Shown here: positions 27,726 through 37,470 of the stretch, piece after piece
Layout: every line of letters begins with the position of its first letter
Position numbering within the stretch: the stretch's first letter is position 1
DNA from: Bacillota bacterium
Lineage (GTDB): Bacteria > Bacillota_I > Bacilli_A > RFN20 > CAG-826
Assembly (NCBI GenBank): GCA_039799785.1
Contig: JBDLRZ010000013.1
Coordinates: 6,072 to 70,071 of the forward strand
Reading direction: 5' to 3'
Length of the DNA stretch: 64,000 nt
The notes under the pieces: model-generated
What the model saw: only the letters and a program-made list of their open reading frames with translations
The model's database searches: none
Told to the model about the DNA's origin: nothing
Made by a program: the position numbers and the translations under genes

Positions 27726-28088
27726 ATGAAGAAAAAACTTACTTCCGAAGGAATCCTTAATAAAAAGTTCTCTCCAGATATGAAGGGATACAATGGTCAT
27801 GAGGTTGATTTATTTTTAGATCAAATTTTAGAAGATTATCGACAAATTGAACTATTTATCAAACAAGACTTACCATTGCTTGAGCAACAATCTCAGCTCG
27901 TTCAATCTTTAAAAAAGAAAATTTCTGATTTAGAGATTCAAGTTGCCGATATGAAAGATAAAGTAAAAGTCATTAATGCCAATAAAACCGTTGAAATTAA
28001 TCAAGATAACTTTCTTTTAGTCAAGAAAATCGGAATCTACGAAAAAGAATTATTTAAACTCGGGATTGACCCAAATAAGTTAAAATAA
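27726..28088 (+). CDS. DivIVA-domain protein, GpsB-like
   Basis: N-terminal ILNKKFSPDMKGYNGHEVDLFLDQILEDY matches the DivIVA/GpsB lipid-binding domain, followed by a coiled coil. Adjacent to rnpB, as I recall for B. subtilis gpsB. Confidence 0.7.
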   Translation: MKKKLTSEGILNKKFSPDMKGYNGHEVDLFLDQILEDYRQIELFIKQDLPLLEQQSQLVQSLKKKISDLEIQVADMKDKVKVINANKTVEINQDNFLLVKKIGIYEKELFKLGIDPNKLK

Positions 28089-28089
28089 T

Positions 28090-28428
28090 CTTGGTAACCC
28101 GGATGATCGCTAGGAAAACCTAGAGGAAAGTCCATGCTCGCACGGGCTGTGACGTCCGTAGTGTTTGTGCTAACGCAACAAATAACGTTAGGCATATGGC
28201 AACATATGACGGCGGTCCCTCCCCTTACCGCAAGGTTGGGCGATACCTGAAAGTGCCACAGTGACGAAGCTAGTTGGAAACGACTAGGTGCAACGAGGCA
28301 AACCCCACGAGCGAGAAACCCAAATTTGGTCGGGGAAGGAGGAACCACTAACCGAAGTGGAACCTTCCTATCGCAAGATAGAGATAAATGATCATCGATT
28401 ACAGAACATGGCTTACAGGGTTACCAGA
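28090..28428 (+). ncRNA. rnpB: RNase P RNA, type B (Bacillota/Mollicutes type)
   Basis: Universal blocks GAGGAAAGTCCATGCTCGCAC (28123-28143) and ACAGAACATGGCTTACAG (28401-28418). P1 pairs 28091-28100 with 28418-28427. Ends are approximate. Confidence 0.9.
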
Positions 28429-28439
28429 AACAAAGGATT

Positions 28440-29057
28440 ATGAATTTACCCAATCGCATTACCGTTGCCCGCTTAATGATAGTTTTACTGATGATTGGTG
28501 TTCTTTTATTTCCATATGAAAATGTCTCAAACATTAATTTAGGATCAACGTTGATTCCGTTACCCTATTTTGTGGCGTTGATCTTATTTATCATCGCCTC
28601 TTTTACTGATTTCTTAGATGGGTACCTTGCTAGAAAACTTAATTTAATTACGAACTTTGGAAAATTCCTTGACCCATTCGCGGATAAGGTATTAACGAAT
28701 AGTGCCTTTATTTTATTGATGATCTCACCGATTTGGATTGATATCGAAGTCATTCGTGTCCCTGCTTGGATCGTGATCATTATGATTATTCGTGATTTAG
28801 CGGTGGATGGGATTCGGATGATTGGGGTTTCACAAGGTAAAGTGATTGCGGCTAGCAAGATTGGAAAATTAAAAACGGTTGTTCAAATTGTTGCCATCAT
28901 ACTTGTGTTTTTAAATGATTGGCCTTTTGCAGCATTGAATTTACCTACAGGTTTGACGGTCACAGATTTCTCACTTTATCTTGCAGCTTTAGTTTCCTTC
29001 ATTTCATTAATCACCTACCTATATGACAATCGTGGAATTTTTAATTCGCATGAATAA
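28440..29057 (+). CDS. pgsA: CDP-diacylglycerol--glycerol-3-phosphate 3-phosphatidyltransferase
   Basis: CDP-alcohol phosphatidyltransferase motif DFLDGYLARKLNLITNFGKFLDPFADK. Polytopic. Confidence 0.9.
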   Translation: MNLPNRITVARLMIVLLMIGVLLFPYENVSNINLGSTLIPLPYFVALILFIIASFTDFLDGYLARKLNLITNFGKFLDPFADKVLTNSAFILLMISPIWIDIEVIRVPAWIVIIMIIRDLAVDGIRMIGVSQGKVIAASKIGKLKTVVQIVAIILVFLNDWPFAALNLPTGLTVTDFSLYLAALVSFISLITYLYDNRGIFNSHE

Positions 29058-29529
29058 GTTAATCCAAACCATCCTTGACCAAAATCTAACGATTCAAACA
29101 ATCGAAAGTTTTACAGGTGGCAGTCTTGCGCATCACTTCATCAAACATACTGGCGCTTCAAGATGGTTTAAACAAGGCTTAGTTTTATATCAACTCGAAT
29201 CAAAAGCTAATTTTTTAGGTATCACGATGGAGGCTATGCGCAAAATAGATCCCGTCTCCGAGTTATTGGTGAAACGTTGTTTAAACAAGGCACTTTCAAA
29301 TCATCCAAATACCATCGTCATCATGACAACAGGTAACGCAGGTCCCTCATCCCAAGGTCAACATTCCGTTGGGGATTTTTATATTGGGCTTAGTGATGGA
29401 AAGCATGAACACATTCAATTAGGTAAGGCAAAAGGTTCAAGAACAAAAATTCAACAAGCGGGTTTAAAGATGGCAATCCAAATGTTAGAAGACTTTGTAA
29501 GCACCTATTATAGTGTGTCCCTTAAATAG
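29050..29529 (+). CDS. CinA C-terminal domain protein (PncC-type nicotinamide-nucleotide amidohydrolase)
   Basis: Start moved to MNKLIQTIL (8-nt overlap with pgsA). The motif ESFTGGSLAHHF corresponds to the ESCTGG motif of CinA/PncC. Lies upstream of recA, as in Bacillota. Confidence 0.75.
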   Translation: MNKLIQTILDQNLTIQTIESFTGGSLAHHFIKHTGASRWFKQGLVLYQLESKANFLGITMEAMRKIDPVSELLVKRCLNKALSNHPNTIVIMTTGNAGPSSQGQHSVGDFYIGLSDGKHEHIQLGKAKGSRTKIQQAGLKMAIQMLEDFVSTYYSVSLK

Positions 29530-29530
29530 T

Positions 29531-29539
29531 TGTTATAGT
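29531..29539 (+). promoter_or_regulatory. Extended -10 element (TGtTATAGT) upstream of recA
   Basis: Located in the 35-nt cinA-recA spacer, 25 nt before the recA ATG. No CGAAC-N4-GTTCG LexA-type box is visible nearby. Confidence 0.35.
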
Positions 29540-29564
29540 ATAAAGGACAAAAAAGGATAAGGTT

Positions 29565-30566
29565 ATGGCAAAAGAAAAAGAAAAAAAAGATGTAAAAGAT
29601 GAAGCGCTTGAAGAAGCATTACGTAATATAGAAAAAACCTACGGTAAGGGTGCAGTTATGAAGTTAGGTGAAAGACCTGAAACTGCTATCGATACCATTC
29701 CTACGGGTTCCCTATCTTTGGATATGGCACTCGGTGTTGGTGGTTATCCTAAAGGTCGTATCATCGAAATCTTTGGTCCAGAATCCAGTGGTAAGACTAC
29801 GCTAGCACTTACCGCAATTGCAGAAGCGCAAAAACGAAGTGGACGTGCTGCCTTTATCGATGCTGAACATGCCATTGATCCTGTTTATGCTAAAAAACTC
29901 GGTGTGAATATTGATGAACTGATTCTTTCTCAACCTGACAATGGTGAACAAGCCCTAGAAATCGTGGAAATGTTGGCGCATTCGAATGCGATTGATCTGA
30001 TTGTCGTAGACTCGGTAGCCGCTTTAGTTCCCCAAGCAGAATTAGATGGCATGATGGCGGATAATCAAGTCGGATTACAAGCAAGATTAATGTCAAAAGC
30101 GATGCGTAAACTTGCTGCTGTATTGAACAAATCGAATTGCACCGTCATCTTTATCAACCAATTAAGAGAAAAAGTCGGGATTGCTTATGGTAATCCTGAA
30201 GTTACTTCCGGTGGTCGTGCCTTGAAGTTTTATGCTTCAGTTCGGATTGATATCCGTCGTTCAGAGGCCATAAAGGTCGGTGAATCCATCATCGGTAATA
30301 TGGTGAAAATTAAGATCGTCAAAAACAAAGTGGCCCCACCTTTTATTACCTCTGAAATCGAACTATTATTCGGACAAGGTTTCTCCAAGACTGGTGAAGT
30401 CCTCGATAAAGCCACCGACTTGGGCATGATTAAAAAAATGGGTTCTTGGTATGAACTTGAAGGCACCCGCTTAGGTCAAGGTCGCGATAATGCAAAAGAA
30501 TACTTAAAAACCCATCCAGAAATCTTAGAAAAACTAGAAAAAAGAATTAAAACCGGAGAAATTTAA
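29565..30566 (+). CDS. recA: Recombinase RecA
   Basis: [12 protein letters not shown] Walker [12 protein letters not shown] Walker B, and L1/L2 regions conserved throughout. Confidence 0.98.
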   Translation: MAKEKEKKDVKDEALEEALRNIEKTYGKGAVMKLGERPETAIDTIPTGSLSLDMALGVGGYPKGRIIEIFGPESSGKTTLALTAIAEAQKRSGRAAFIDAEHAIDPVYAKKLGVNIDELILSQPDNGEQALEIVEMLAHSNAIDLIVVDSVAALVPQAELDGMMADNQVGLQARLMSKAMRKLAAVLNKSNCTVIFINQLREKVGIAYGNPEVTSGGRALKFYASVRIDIRRSEAIKVGESIIGNMVKIKIVKNKVAPPFITSEIELLFGQGFSKTGEVLDKATDLGMIKKMGSWYELEGTRLGQGRDNAKEYLKTHPEILEKLEKRIKTGEI

Positions 30567-30574
30567 ATGAAGAT

Positions 30575-30605
30575 AACCTCTAGGAACATCCTAGAGGTTT
30601 TTTTA
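30575..30605 (+). terminator. Rho-independent terminator after recA
   Basis: 10-bp stem aacctctagg/cctagaggtt followed by a T-run. Confidence 0.8.
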
Positions 30606-30827
30606 TCATAGGCAAATGATGAAACTTTTGCTATCATAAAGAAGTATCTTCGGATACTGGATATAGATTCGCATTCGTCGTTTATTAACTTAACCAGGGT
30701 TAAACCTGATAAAAGCAACATATTCATCTAAGATTTAAACGAAGTTTTGTGATTTTTTTATACCAACACATTTAAAGGGCGCATCCTTCGTCATGATGCT
30801 TACCTCTACTGAAAGGAGACGTTTTAT

Positions 30828-32393
30828 ATGGTCGATATTTCGATTTTAATTTTATTATCCATCCTAGCTTTGATTATTGGGGTTATTTTAGGGATTCTGA
30901 TTTACTTTAGCTTACCTATTTTTCGGGCAAAGGAAGCAACCAAAAAAGCAGCTAAATTAATAAAAGATGCTGAAATTAAAGCAGATCACATCATCAAGAA
31001 TGCTCAACTTGATGCCAAACAAACCGTTTATGAGTTAAAACAAGAAGCTGATAAAGAAATCAAAGAAAGAAAACAAGAAGTTAATACCTTTGAAAATAAA
31101 CTTTTCAACCGTGAACAAAGTATTGATCGCCGTGATCAAGCGTTGATGCAAAAAGAAAAAAATCTTGAAGAAAAGATTGAGCTCCAACAAAAGCGGATGA
31201 AAGAAATTGAAAGAAAAGAAGAAGTTCTTCAATTAAAGTTAGATTCCATTATCCACGAGCTTGAAAAAGTCTCCGGCATGTCGTCCCAAGAAGCCAAAAC
31301 AGAAATTCTTAACCGCGTTGAGGCTAAGTTAAGCAAAGAAATCGCAGGTTTGATTAAGAATCGTGAACAAGAAGCCAAAGATCAAGCCCAAACGATGGCC
31401 AATGAAATTTTAGGCATGACCTTAAATCGCTACGCGCAAGACTTTGTCACGGAACGCACTGTGTCAGTTGTGAGCTTACCAAGTGATGAAATGAAGGGTC
31501 GTATTATCGGGCGAGAAGGTCGAAACATTCGTTCACTTGAACAAGCATTAGGTGTAGATTTAATTATTGATGACACCCCTGAAGTGATTACCGTTAGCTG
31601 CTTTGATCCAATTCGACGTGAAACAGCAAAACGCACCTTAGAAATCCTCTTAAAAGATGGCCGAATTCAACCATCAAGAATCGAAGAAGTGGCAGCAAAG
31701 GTCAAGAGTGAACTTGGCGAAATTATGCATAAAGCAGGACAAGAAGCAGCCTTCCGTTTAGGTTTAGGCAATATTCATCCTGAGTTATTAGATTTGGTGG
31801 GTCGATTAAGATACCGCACCTCGTATGGTCAAAATGCATATGACCACTCCATTGAAGTTGCCAAGCTTTGTGGGATCATGGCAGCCGAAATGGGTATAGA
31901 TCAAAATATGGCTAAACGTGCTGGATTACTCCATGACGTTGGTAAAGCGATTGACTTTGAAATGGAAGGAAGTCACGTTGAATTAGGCGCAAGATACGCT
32001 CGTAAATATAATGAACCTGATGTGGTTCTTAATGCGATTGAATCTCACCACGGCGATACAGAAATTAAATATGTCATTTCTCACTTAGTCATTGCCGCAG
32101 ATACCTTATCTGCAGCACGTCCTGGAGCAAGAAGTGAAACTCTAGAAACGTATGTTAAACGTCTTGAACAATTAGAAAACATTTGTAAATCTTATGAAGG
32201 TGTTGCGCAAAGCTATGCGATGCAATCTGGTCGAGAAGTACGCATCATGGTTGTCCCTGATAAAGTGGATGACGCAACAGCAGTTAAATTAGCAAGAGAC
32301 ATTAAAGATCGAATTGAAGCCGAAATGACCTATCCGGGTCAAATCAAAGTTTCCGTTATTCGAGAATATCGTGCCATCGAAACTGCAAAATAA
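30828..32393 (+). CDS. rny: Ribonuclease Y (membrane anchor, coiled coil, KH and HD domains)
   Basis: N-terminal TM helix, KH motif [14 protein letters not shown] motif LLHDVGKA ... SHHG. GGAGA RBS. Confidence 0.95.
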   Translation: MVDISILILLSILALIIGVILGILIYFSLPIFRAKEATKKAAKLIKDAEIKADHIIKNAQLDAKQTVYELKQEADKEIKERKQEVNTFENKLFNREQSIDRRDQALMQKEKNLEEKIELQQKRMKEIERKEEVLQLKLDSIIHELEKVSGMSSQEAKTEILNRVEAKLSKEIAGLIKNREQEAKDQAQTMANEILGMTLNRYAQDFVTERTVSVVSLPSDEMKGRIIGREGRNIRSLEQALGVDLIIDDTPEVITVSCFDPIRRETAKRTLEILLKDGRIQPSRIEEVAAKVKSELGEIMHKAGQEAAFRLGLGNIHPELLDLVGRLRYRTSYGQNAYDHSIEVAKLCGIMAAEMGIDQNMAKRAGLLHDVGKAIDFEMEGSHVELGARYARKYNEPDVVLNAIESHHGDTEIKYVISHLVIAADTLSAARPGARSETLETYVKRLEQLENICKSYEGVAQSYAMQSGREVRIMVVPDKVDDATAVKLARDIKDRIEAEMTYPGQIKVSVIREYRAIETAK

Positions 32394-32399
32394 ACCTTC

Positions 32400-33185
32400 A
32401 TGAAGTGGCTTTTTATTGGTGACATCGTAGGTAGTTTTGGACGCTTAATGGTGGCCAAACATTTACCCAAACTTAAAGAAAGCCTTGCATTGGATTTTGT
32501 CATTGCCAATGCAGAGAATGCTAGTCACGGCAAAGGTTTAATGCGAAAGCATTATGAAGAACTATTGGCAAGCGGCATCGATGTGATGACGTTAGGCAAT
32601 CACTACAATGCCAAGGGTGAGATACGGGATTATTTAGATCAAACCGTAAGTTTAGTTCGTCCTTTAAATTTAAAGCACCCTTATCCGGGTGTAGGAACAC
32701 TGGTTTTTAACGTTCAAAATCATGCCATTCGAGTCACCAATATTTTAGGTCAAGCGTTTATGAATGAAGACGTTCATAATCCCTTTGACGCTTTACAAGG
32801 CATCCTTGATAAAGAACCTCCAACCCATCTTCATATTGTTGATTTTCATGCAGAAGCTACGGGTGAAAAATATGCAATGGGATATGCGTTTAGTGGTAAG
32901 ATTACTGCATTATTTGGCACCCATACGCATGTTCAGACTAACGATTTAAGATTGTTAGACCAATCCACCTTATTTATTTCAGATGTCGGAATGACTGGAC
33001 CATATAATGGCATTCTTGGTGTGAAAAAAGAAAACATCATTCAACGTTTATGGAAACAAGAAAAAACAGTTTATGAATTAGCCGAAGATGGTGAAAGTGT
33101 TTTGTCTGCAGTATTTGTGGAAACGAACCCACAAGGATTACCCATTTCCTTTAAAACAATTCTCATAACAGATAAGGTAAAATAA
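32400..33185 (+). CDS. ymdB: YmdB-family metallophosphoesterase (2',3'-cyclic-nucleotide phosphodiesterase)
   Basis: MKWLFIGDIVG, NAENASHGKG, LGNH and GTHTHVQT motifs. Follows rny, as in B. subtilis. Confidence 0.85.
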   Translation: MKWLFIGDIVGSFGRLMVAKHLPKLKESLALDFVIANAENASHGKGLMRKHYEELLASGIDVMTLGNHYNAKGEIRDYLDQTVSLVRPLNLKHPYPGVGTLVFNVQNHAIRVTNILGQAFMNEDVHNPFDALQGILDKEPPTHLHIVDFHAEATGEKYAMGYAFSGKITALFGTHTHVQTNDLRLLDQSTLFISDVGMTGPYNGILGVKKENIIQRLWKQEKTVYELAEDGESVLSAVFVETNPQGLPISFKTILITDKVK

Positions 33186-33190
33186 GACCT

Positions 33191-34645
33191 ATGGCAGATC
33201 AAAAATTAAATATCACCGAAAAACCGGATTTAGATAAAGCTCGCTCCCGCGTCAGACAAGAAATCCCTGTCGTCAGAGATGAGATTGTCGTTCCTGAACG
33301 ATTGATTCAATATGCTCAAGGGAAGAAATATTTTATTCGTACTTACGGATGCCAGGCTAACGTACGCGATGAAGAAAACATGCGCGGCCTTTTAGAACTC
33401 ACAGGTTTTACGTCTGTCGATGATGAAAAATTAGCCGATTTTGTCATCATTAATACGTGTGCAATTCGTGAAAATGCTGAAGATAAAGTCTTTGGTGAAC
33501 TTGGAATTTTAAAAGGATTAAAAGCGATTAAGCCAGACATGTTAATTGCAGTTAGTGGTTGTATGGTGCAACAAACGCATATCGTGGACACCATTACACA
33601 AAAATACCGACATGTCGATTTGATGTTTGGTACCCATAATATTCATCATCTCCTTGAATTACTCGATGAAGCAATCACCAAGAAGGTTCGGGTTGTCAAT
33701 GTTCCTTCAAAATATGGTGAAATTGTCGAAAACATGCCTTCCAAACGAAATCATCGATTTAAAGCATTTGTGAATATTATGTTTGGTTGTGATAAGTTTT
33801 GCACCTACTGTATTGTGCCTTACACCAGAGGTAAAGAGCGCTCACGTTTGATGGATGATGTGATTAAAGAATGCAAAGAACTTGTTGAGTCAGGCTATCA
33901 AGAAATTACCTTGGTTGGACAAAATGTTAATTCTTATGGCAAAGATTTTAAAAATGGAACAACCTTTGCACAATTATTAGAAGCAGTTGCATTAACTGGC
34001 ATTCCTCGCTTACGATTTATGACGTCTCATCCATGGGATTTTACAGATGAAATGTTAGATATGATTGCCAAATACGACAATATTATGAATCATATTCATC
34101 TTCCTTTTCAGGCTGGTGATGACATGATTCTGAGATTAATGGCAAGACGATATACGGTTGCATCATATTTAGAACTCGTCAAGAAAATGCAAACTAAAAT
34201 CCCCCAAGTCACCTTAACCACTGATATTATTGTTGGTTTTCCAAATGAAACGGAAGCCCAATTTCAAGGTACCTTAGACTTAGTAGAAAAAGTAAAATTT
34301 GATGCAACCTTTACATTTATTTATTCACCTCGAAAAGGAACACCAGCCCACAAAATGTTAGACAATGTTCCTTATGAAGAAAAGCAAAAACGTTTCTATC
34401 GCCTTAAAGAACTGGTCGATCGGATTGCTAAAGAAAAATCAGACTTGATGGTAGGTCAAACCTATACTGTCCTTGTTGATGGTGTTAGTAAAAATAATCC
34501 TGACAAATTGTCCGCCTATACAGAAAGCAACAAACTCGTCCACTTTAAAGGGGATGCTTCCCTTGCCGGTAAACTCGTTCGTGTTCGAATTGATGAGGCC
34601 AATACTTATACGTTATTTGGAACCTTAATCGATGACCAAGCTTGA
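33191..34645 (+). CDS. miaB: tRNA-i6A37 methylthiotransferase MiaB (radical SAM)
   Basis: N-terminal UPF0004 Cys (GCQAN, NTCAIRE, SGCM), the radical-SAM motif CDKFCTYCIVP, and a C-terminal TRAM domain. Confidence 0.9.
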   Translation: MADQKLNITEKPDLDKARSRVRQEIPVVRDEIVVPERLIQYAQGKKYFIRTYGCQANVRDEENMRGLLELTGFTSVDDEKLADFVIINTCAIRENAEDKVFGELGILKGLKAIKPDMLIAVSGCMVQQTHIVDTITQKYRHVDLMFGTHNIHHLLELLDEAITKKVRVVNVPSKYGEIVENMPSKRNHRFKAFVNIMFGCDKFCTYCIVPYTRGKERSRLMDDVIKECKELVESGYQEITLVGQNVNSYGKDFKNGTTFAQLLEAVALTGIPRLRFMTSHPWDFTDEMLDMIAKYDNIMNHIHLPFQAGDDMILRLMARRYTVASYLELVKKMQTKIPQVTLTTDIIVGFPNETEAQFQGTLDLVEKVKFDATFTFIYSPRKGTPAHKMLDNVPYEEKQKRFYRLKELVDRIAKEKSDLMVGQTYTVLVDGVSKNNPDKLSAYTESNKLVHFKGDASLAGKLVRVRIDEANTYTLFGTLIDDQA

Positions 34646-34943
34646 GTCCTTAATGGATCGCTTAGCAAACGCACTTCAAGATTTACCTGAAGTAAAACAA
34701 TTTTTTGCTTTACGTGAACAAATTCTAAAAGACCCCTTTTTAAATGAGCAACAAGAGCAAATGAAACATCACCAAAAATTGATGATGAAAAATCTTGCTG
34801 AACAATCCATTTATCAAACCCATCAGTCCGCATATCGTCAACATCAACAAGCGTTTGATGAACATCCACTCGTGCAAAATTATGTTAGTTTAAAAGAACA
34901 ACTTTCCCCATTATTAAACGAACTACAAGCGATTATTGAATAG
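34632..34943 (+). CDS. YmcA/YlbF-family (UPF0342, RicA-like) protein, short and Cys-free
   Basis: 103-aa helical protein. Its position between miaB and mutS matches ymcA in B. subtilis as I recall it. The N-terminal LANALQDLPEVKQF is family-like. Confidence 0.55.
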   Translation: MTKLESLMDRLANALQDLPEVKQFFALREQILKDPFLNEQQEQMKHHQKLMMKNLAEQSIYQTHQSAYRQHQQAFDEHPLVQNYVSLKEQLSPLLNELQAIIE

Positions 34944-34984
34944 GCATTTCATCGCCTTTTTGGTATGATGAATTCATAATTTGT

Positions 34985-37462
34985 ATGAAGAAAACGTCAG
35001 CCCCATATACCCCCATGATGATGCAGTACTTGCAGATCAAATCGCAGTACCCTGATACTTTAATTTTCTTTCGACTTGGTGATTTTTATGAACTCTTTTT
35101 TGAAGATGCAAAAGTTGCCTCGCGTGAGTTATCTTTGGTGCTTACCGGCAAAAGTGCAGGTCAAGAAGAACGGGTGCCGATGTGTGGTATTCCTTTTCAT
35201 GCCTATAAAGGGTATGTCAAAAAGTTGATTGATAAAGGTTATAAAGTAGGCATCGTCGAACAAATGGAAGATGCTAGTGTTGCCAAAGGTCTTGTTCAAC
35301 GAGACGTCACGCAAATTTATACACCTGGGTCCTTTATTGATGATCAACAAACGGCGCATAATTTCTTAGTTGCTGTCAACGAAGATCAACATCGTTACTG
35401 GATTATCTTTGGTGATATTAGTACGGGTGAAGTCTTTAGTGACTTTATTGAAAAACAATCCAACCTATTAATTGGATATTTGCAAAAGCTTTCTACACAT
35501 GAAGTTGTCATGAATGCATCAACGGCAACGTTGATTCAAGAAACAATCCAAACATTAGGCATGTCAGTTTCTATTTTAGACATGAACCAAGATGCTAAAA
35601 CCCCTGAACAATATTCATATCAACTTTGGTTGAATTATGTTCAAAACACACTTAAGAAACCTTTACCATTTCTTAGACCCTTTATTCCCATTTACCAAGA
35701 TAAGATTTTAAAGATGGACGCAGTATCATTATCCAATCTTGAAGTATTACAATCTCTAAAACAACAAAGTGTCCAAGGATCGCTATATTGGGTCTTAGAT
35801 CGAACCACGACACCAATGGGCTCAAGATTACTCAAACAATGGTTATTGCGACCCAGCGCCCATGTTCCGACGATCATCATGCGTCATCAGATGGTTAAAA
35901 GTTTAATGGATCAGTTTCTTACACTTGAAAACATACGTGAGATTTTACAATCCATTTATGACATACCAAGAATTATTTCTAAACTTCATTTGAAGCAATT
36001 GAACGCTAGAGACTTAATCTCACTTAAAAAATCTTTGGAACCCATCACGGATTTAAAGAAACTGTTAATAAGTTTATCTGATTCATTATCTCAATTACTA
36101 AATGAATACATTCATCCGTTTCCGGAAATTGTTACAATCATTTCCCAATCTATTCAAGACGAACCTCCCGTCAGTATTAAAGAAGGTGGTCTTATTAAAG
36201 TTGGATTTAATGCTGAATTAGATCACTGGATTGCTTTGGCAAAGGGTGGAAAAAAAGCGCTAATCGAACTCGAACTGAAGGAAAGAGAACGTACTGGCAT
36301 TAAGAATTTAAAGGTTGGTTATAATCAAGTTTTTGGCTATTTTATTGAAATTTCAAATGGTCAATTATCTTCGATTAAACCAGAATTTGAATATGAACGA
36401 AGACAAACTTTAGCAAACGGAGAGCGCTTTATTAATCGTGACTTAAAGGCGTTAGAAAGTCAGTTACTACAAGCCGAAGATATGCAGAAGAAATTGGAAG
36501 AATCCATTTTCCAATCCGTCATCACAAAAATCGAACCCTTTACGCATGATTTACAGATCTTAGCCCAGAAGCTCTCCGAACTCGATGTGATATCTACCTT
36601 TGCAACCGTAAGTCGTACCTATCAATTTGTCCAACCAACCTTTTCGGAAGAAAAGGCATTTAAGATTGAACAAAGTCGTCATCCAGTGATAGAAAAAGCC
36701 TTAAAGAAATCAGTTTTTGTTCCCAATGATTGTGTAATGGATTCCGAAACCAACACACTACTTATCACAGGACCTAACATGGGTGGTAAATCAACCTATA
36801 TGCGACAAGTTGCGTTGCTCATGATCATGGCACAGATTGGTTGTTTTGTTCCGGCTAAATCTGCAAATTTGATGTGGTTAGATGCAATCTATACTCGCAT
36901 TGGTGCAAGTGATGACTTAATGGGTGGCCAATCTACCTTTATGATGGAAATGACGCAAACTGAATTTGCACTCAGTCATGCTACCGATCGAACCTTATTA
37001 ATCTTTGATGAAATTGGTAGAGGAACCGCGACCTATGATGGCATGGCATTAGCCCAATCCATTATTGAATATGCCACTGTACATCTTCAAGCAAAAACGC
37101 TTTTTTCAACCCATTATCATGAACTTACGCAATTAGAAAAAACATTACCCAATCTTAAAAATATTCATGTCGCAGTTCATGAAGAAAATGACACCATCAC
37201 GTTCTTATATCAAGTTAAGCCAGGTTCCATGAATCAATCTTTTGGAATTCATGTTGCTCAACTTGCGCAATTACCTCCAAGTTTAATCCAACGAGCCAAA
37301 ACTATTTTAGCGACGTTAGAAAAATCACCTTCAATCTCAGTCAAACCCATTCAAGAAACCAAGCATCCCCTTGTAAAAACTTTACAAGAAATCGATCCAT
37401 TAAGTTTGTCGCCAATGGAAGCTCTTGAATTACTCATTGCATTAAAGAAAAACAATCGATAA
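34985..37462 (+). CDS. mutS: DNA mismatch repair protein MutS
   Basis: TPMMMQYLQIKSQYPDTLIFFRLGDFYELFFEDA, Walker A GPNMGGKST, DEIGRGTATYDG. Confidence 0.98.
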   Translation: MKKTSAPYTPMMMQYLQIKSQYPDTLIFFRLGDFYELFFEDAKVASRELSLVLTGKSAGQEERVPMCGIPFHAYKGYVKKLIDKGYKVGIVEQMEDASVAKGLVQRDVTQIYTPGSFIDDQQTAHNFLVAVNEDQHRYWIIFGDISTGEVFSDFIEKQSNLLIGYLQKLSTHEVVMNASTATLIQETIQTLGMSVSILDMNQDAKTPEQYSYQLWLNYVQNTLKKPLPFLRPFIPIYQDKILKMDAVSLSNLEVLQSLKQQSVQGSLYWVLDRTTTPMGSRLLKQWLLRPSAHVPTIIMRHQMVKSLMDQFLTLENIREILQSIYDIPRIISKLHLKQLNARDLISLKKSLEPITDLKKLLISLSDSLSQLLNEYIHPFPEIVTIISQSIQDEPPVSIKEGGLIKVGFNAELDHWIALAKGGKKALIELELKERERTGIKNLKVGYNQVFGYFIEISNGQLSSIKPEFEYERRQTLANGERFINRDLKALESQLLQAEDMQKKLEESIFQSVITKIEPFTHDLQILAQKLSELDVISTFATVSRTYQFVQPTFSEEKAFKIEQSRHPVIEKALKKSVFVPNDCVMDSETNTLLITGPNMGGKSTYMRQVALLMIMAQIGCFVPAKSANLMWLDAIYTRIGASDDLMGGQSTFMMEMTQTEFALSHATDRTLLIFDEIGRGTATYDGMALAQSIIEYATVHLQAKTLFSTHYHELTQLEKTLPNLKNIHVAVHEENDTITFLYQVKPGSMNQSFGIHVAQLAQLPPSLIQRAKTILATLEKSPSISVKPIQETKHPLVKTLQEIDPLSLSPMEALELLIALKKNNR

Positions 37463-37470
37463 AGGTTAAC

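Noticed and set aside
28037-28348. 103-aa minus-strand ORF from the ORF track
   Set aside because: It lies almost entirely antisense within the RNase P RNA gene (conserved rnpB blocks at 28123-28143 and 28401-28418). It has no RBS or homology features, so it is a chance ORF in a G+C-richer structured RNA.
29575-29592. A-rich run (aaagaaaaagaaaaaaaaga) at the 5' end of recA as a possible slippage or phase-variation tract
   Set aside because: It encodes the common Lys/Glu-rich RecA N-terminus ([13 protein letters not shown]) in frame. The longest homopolymer is only 8 nt, and intact mutS and mutL are present.
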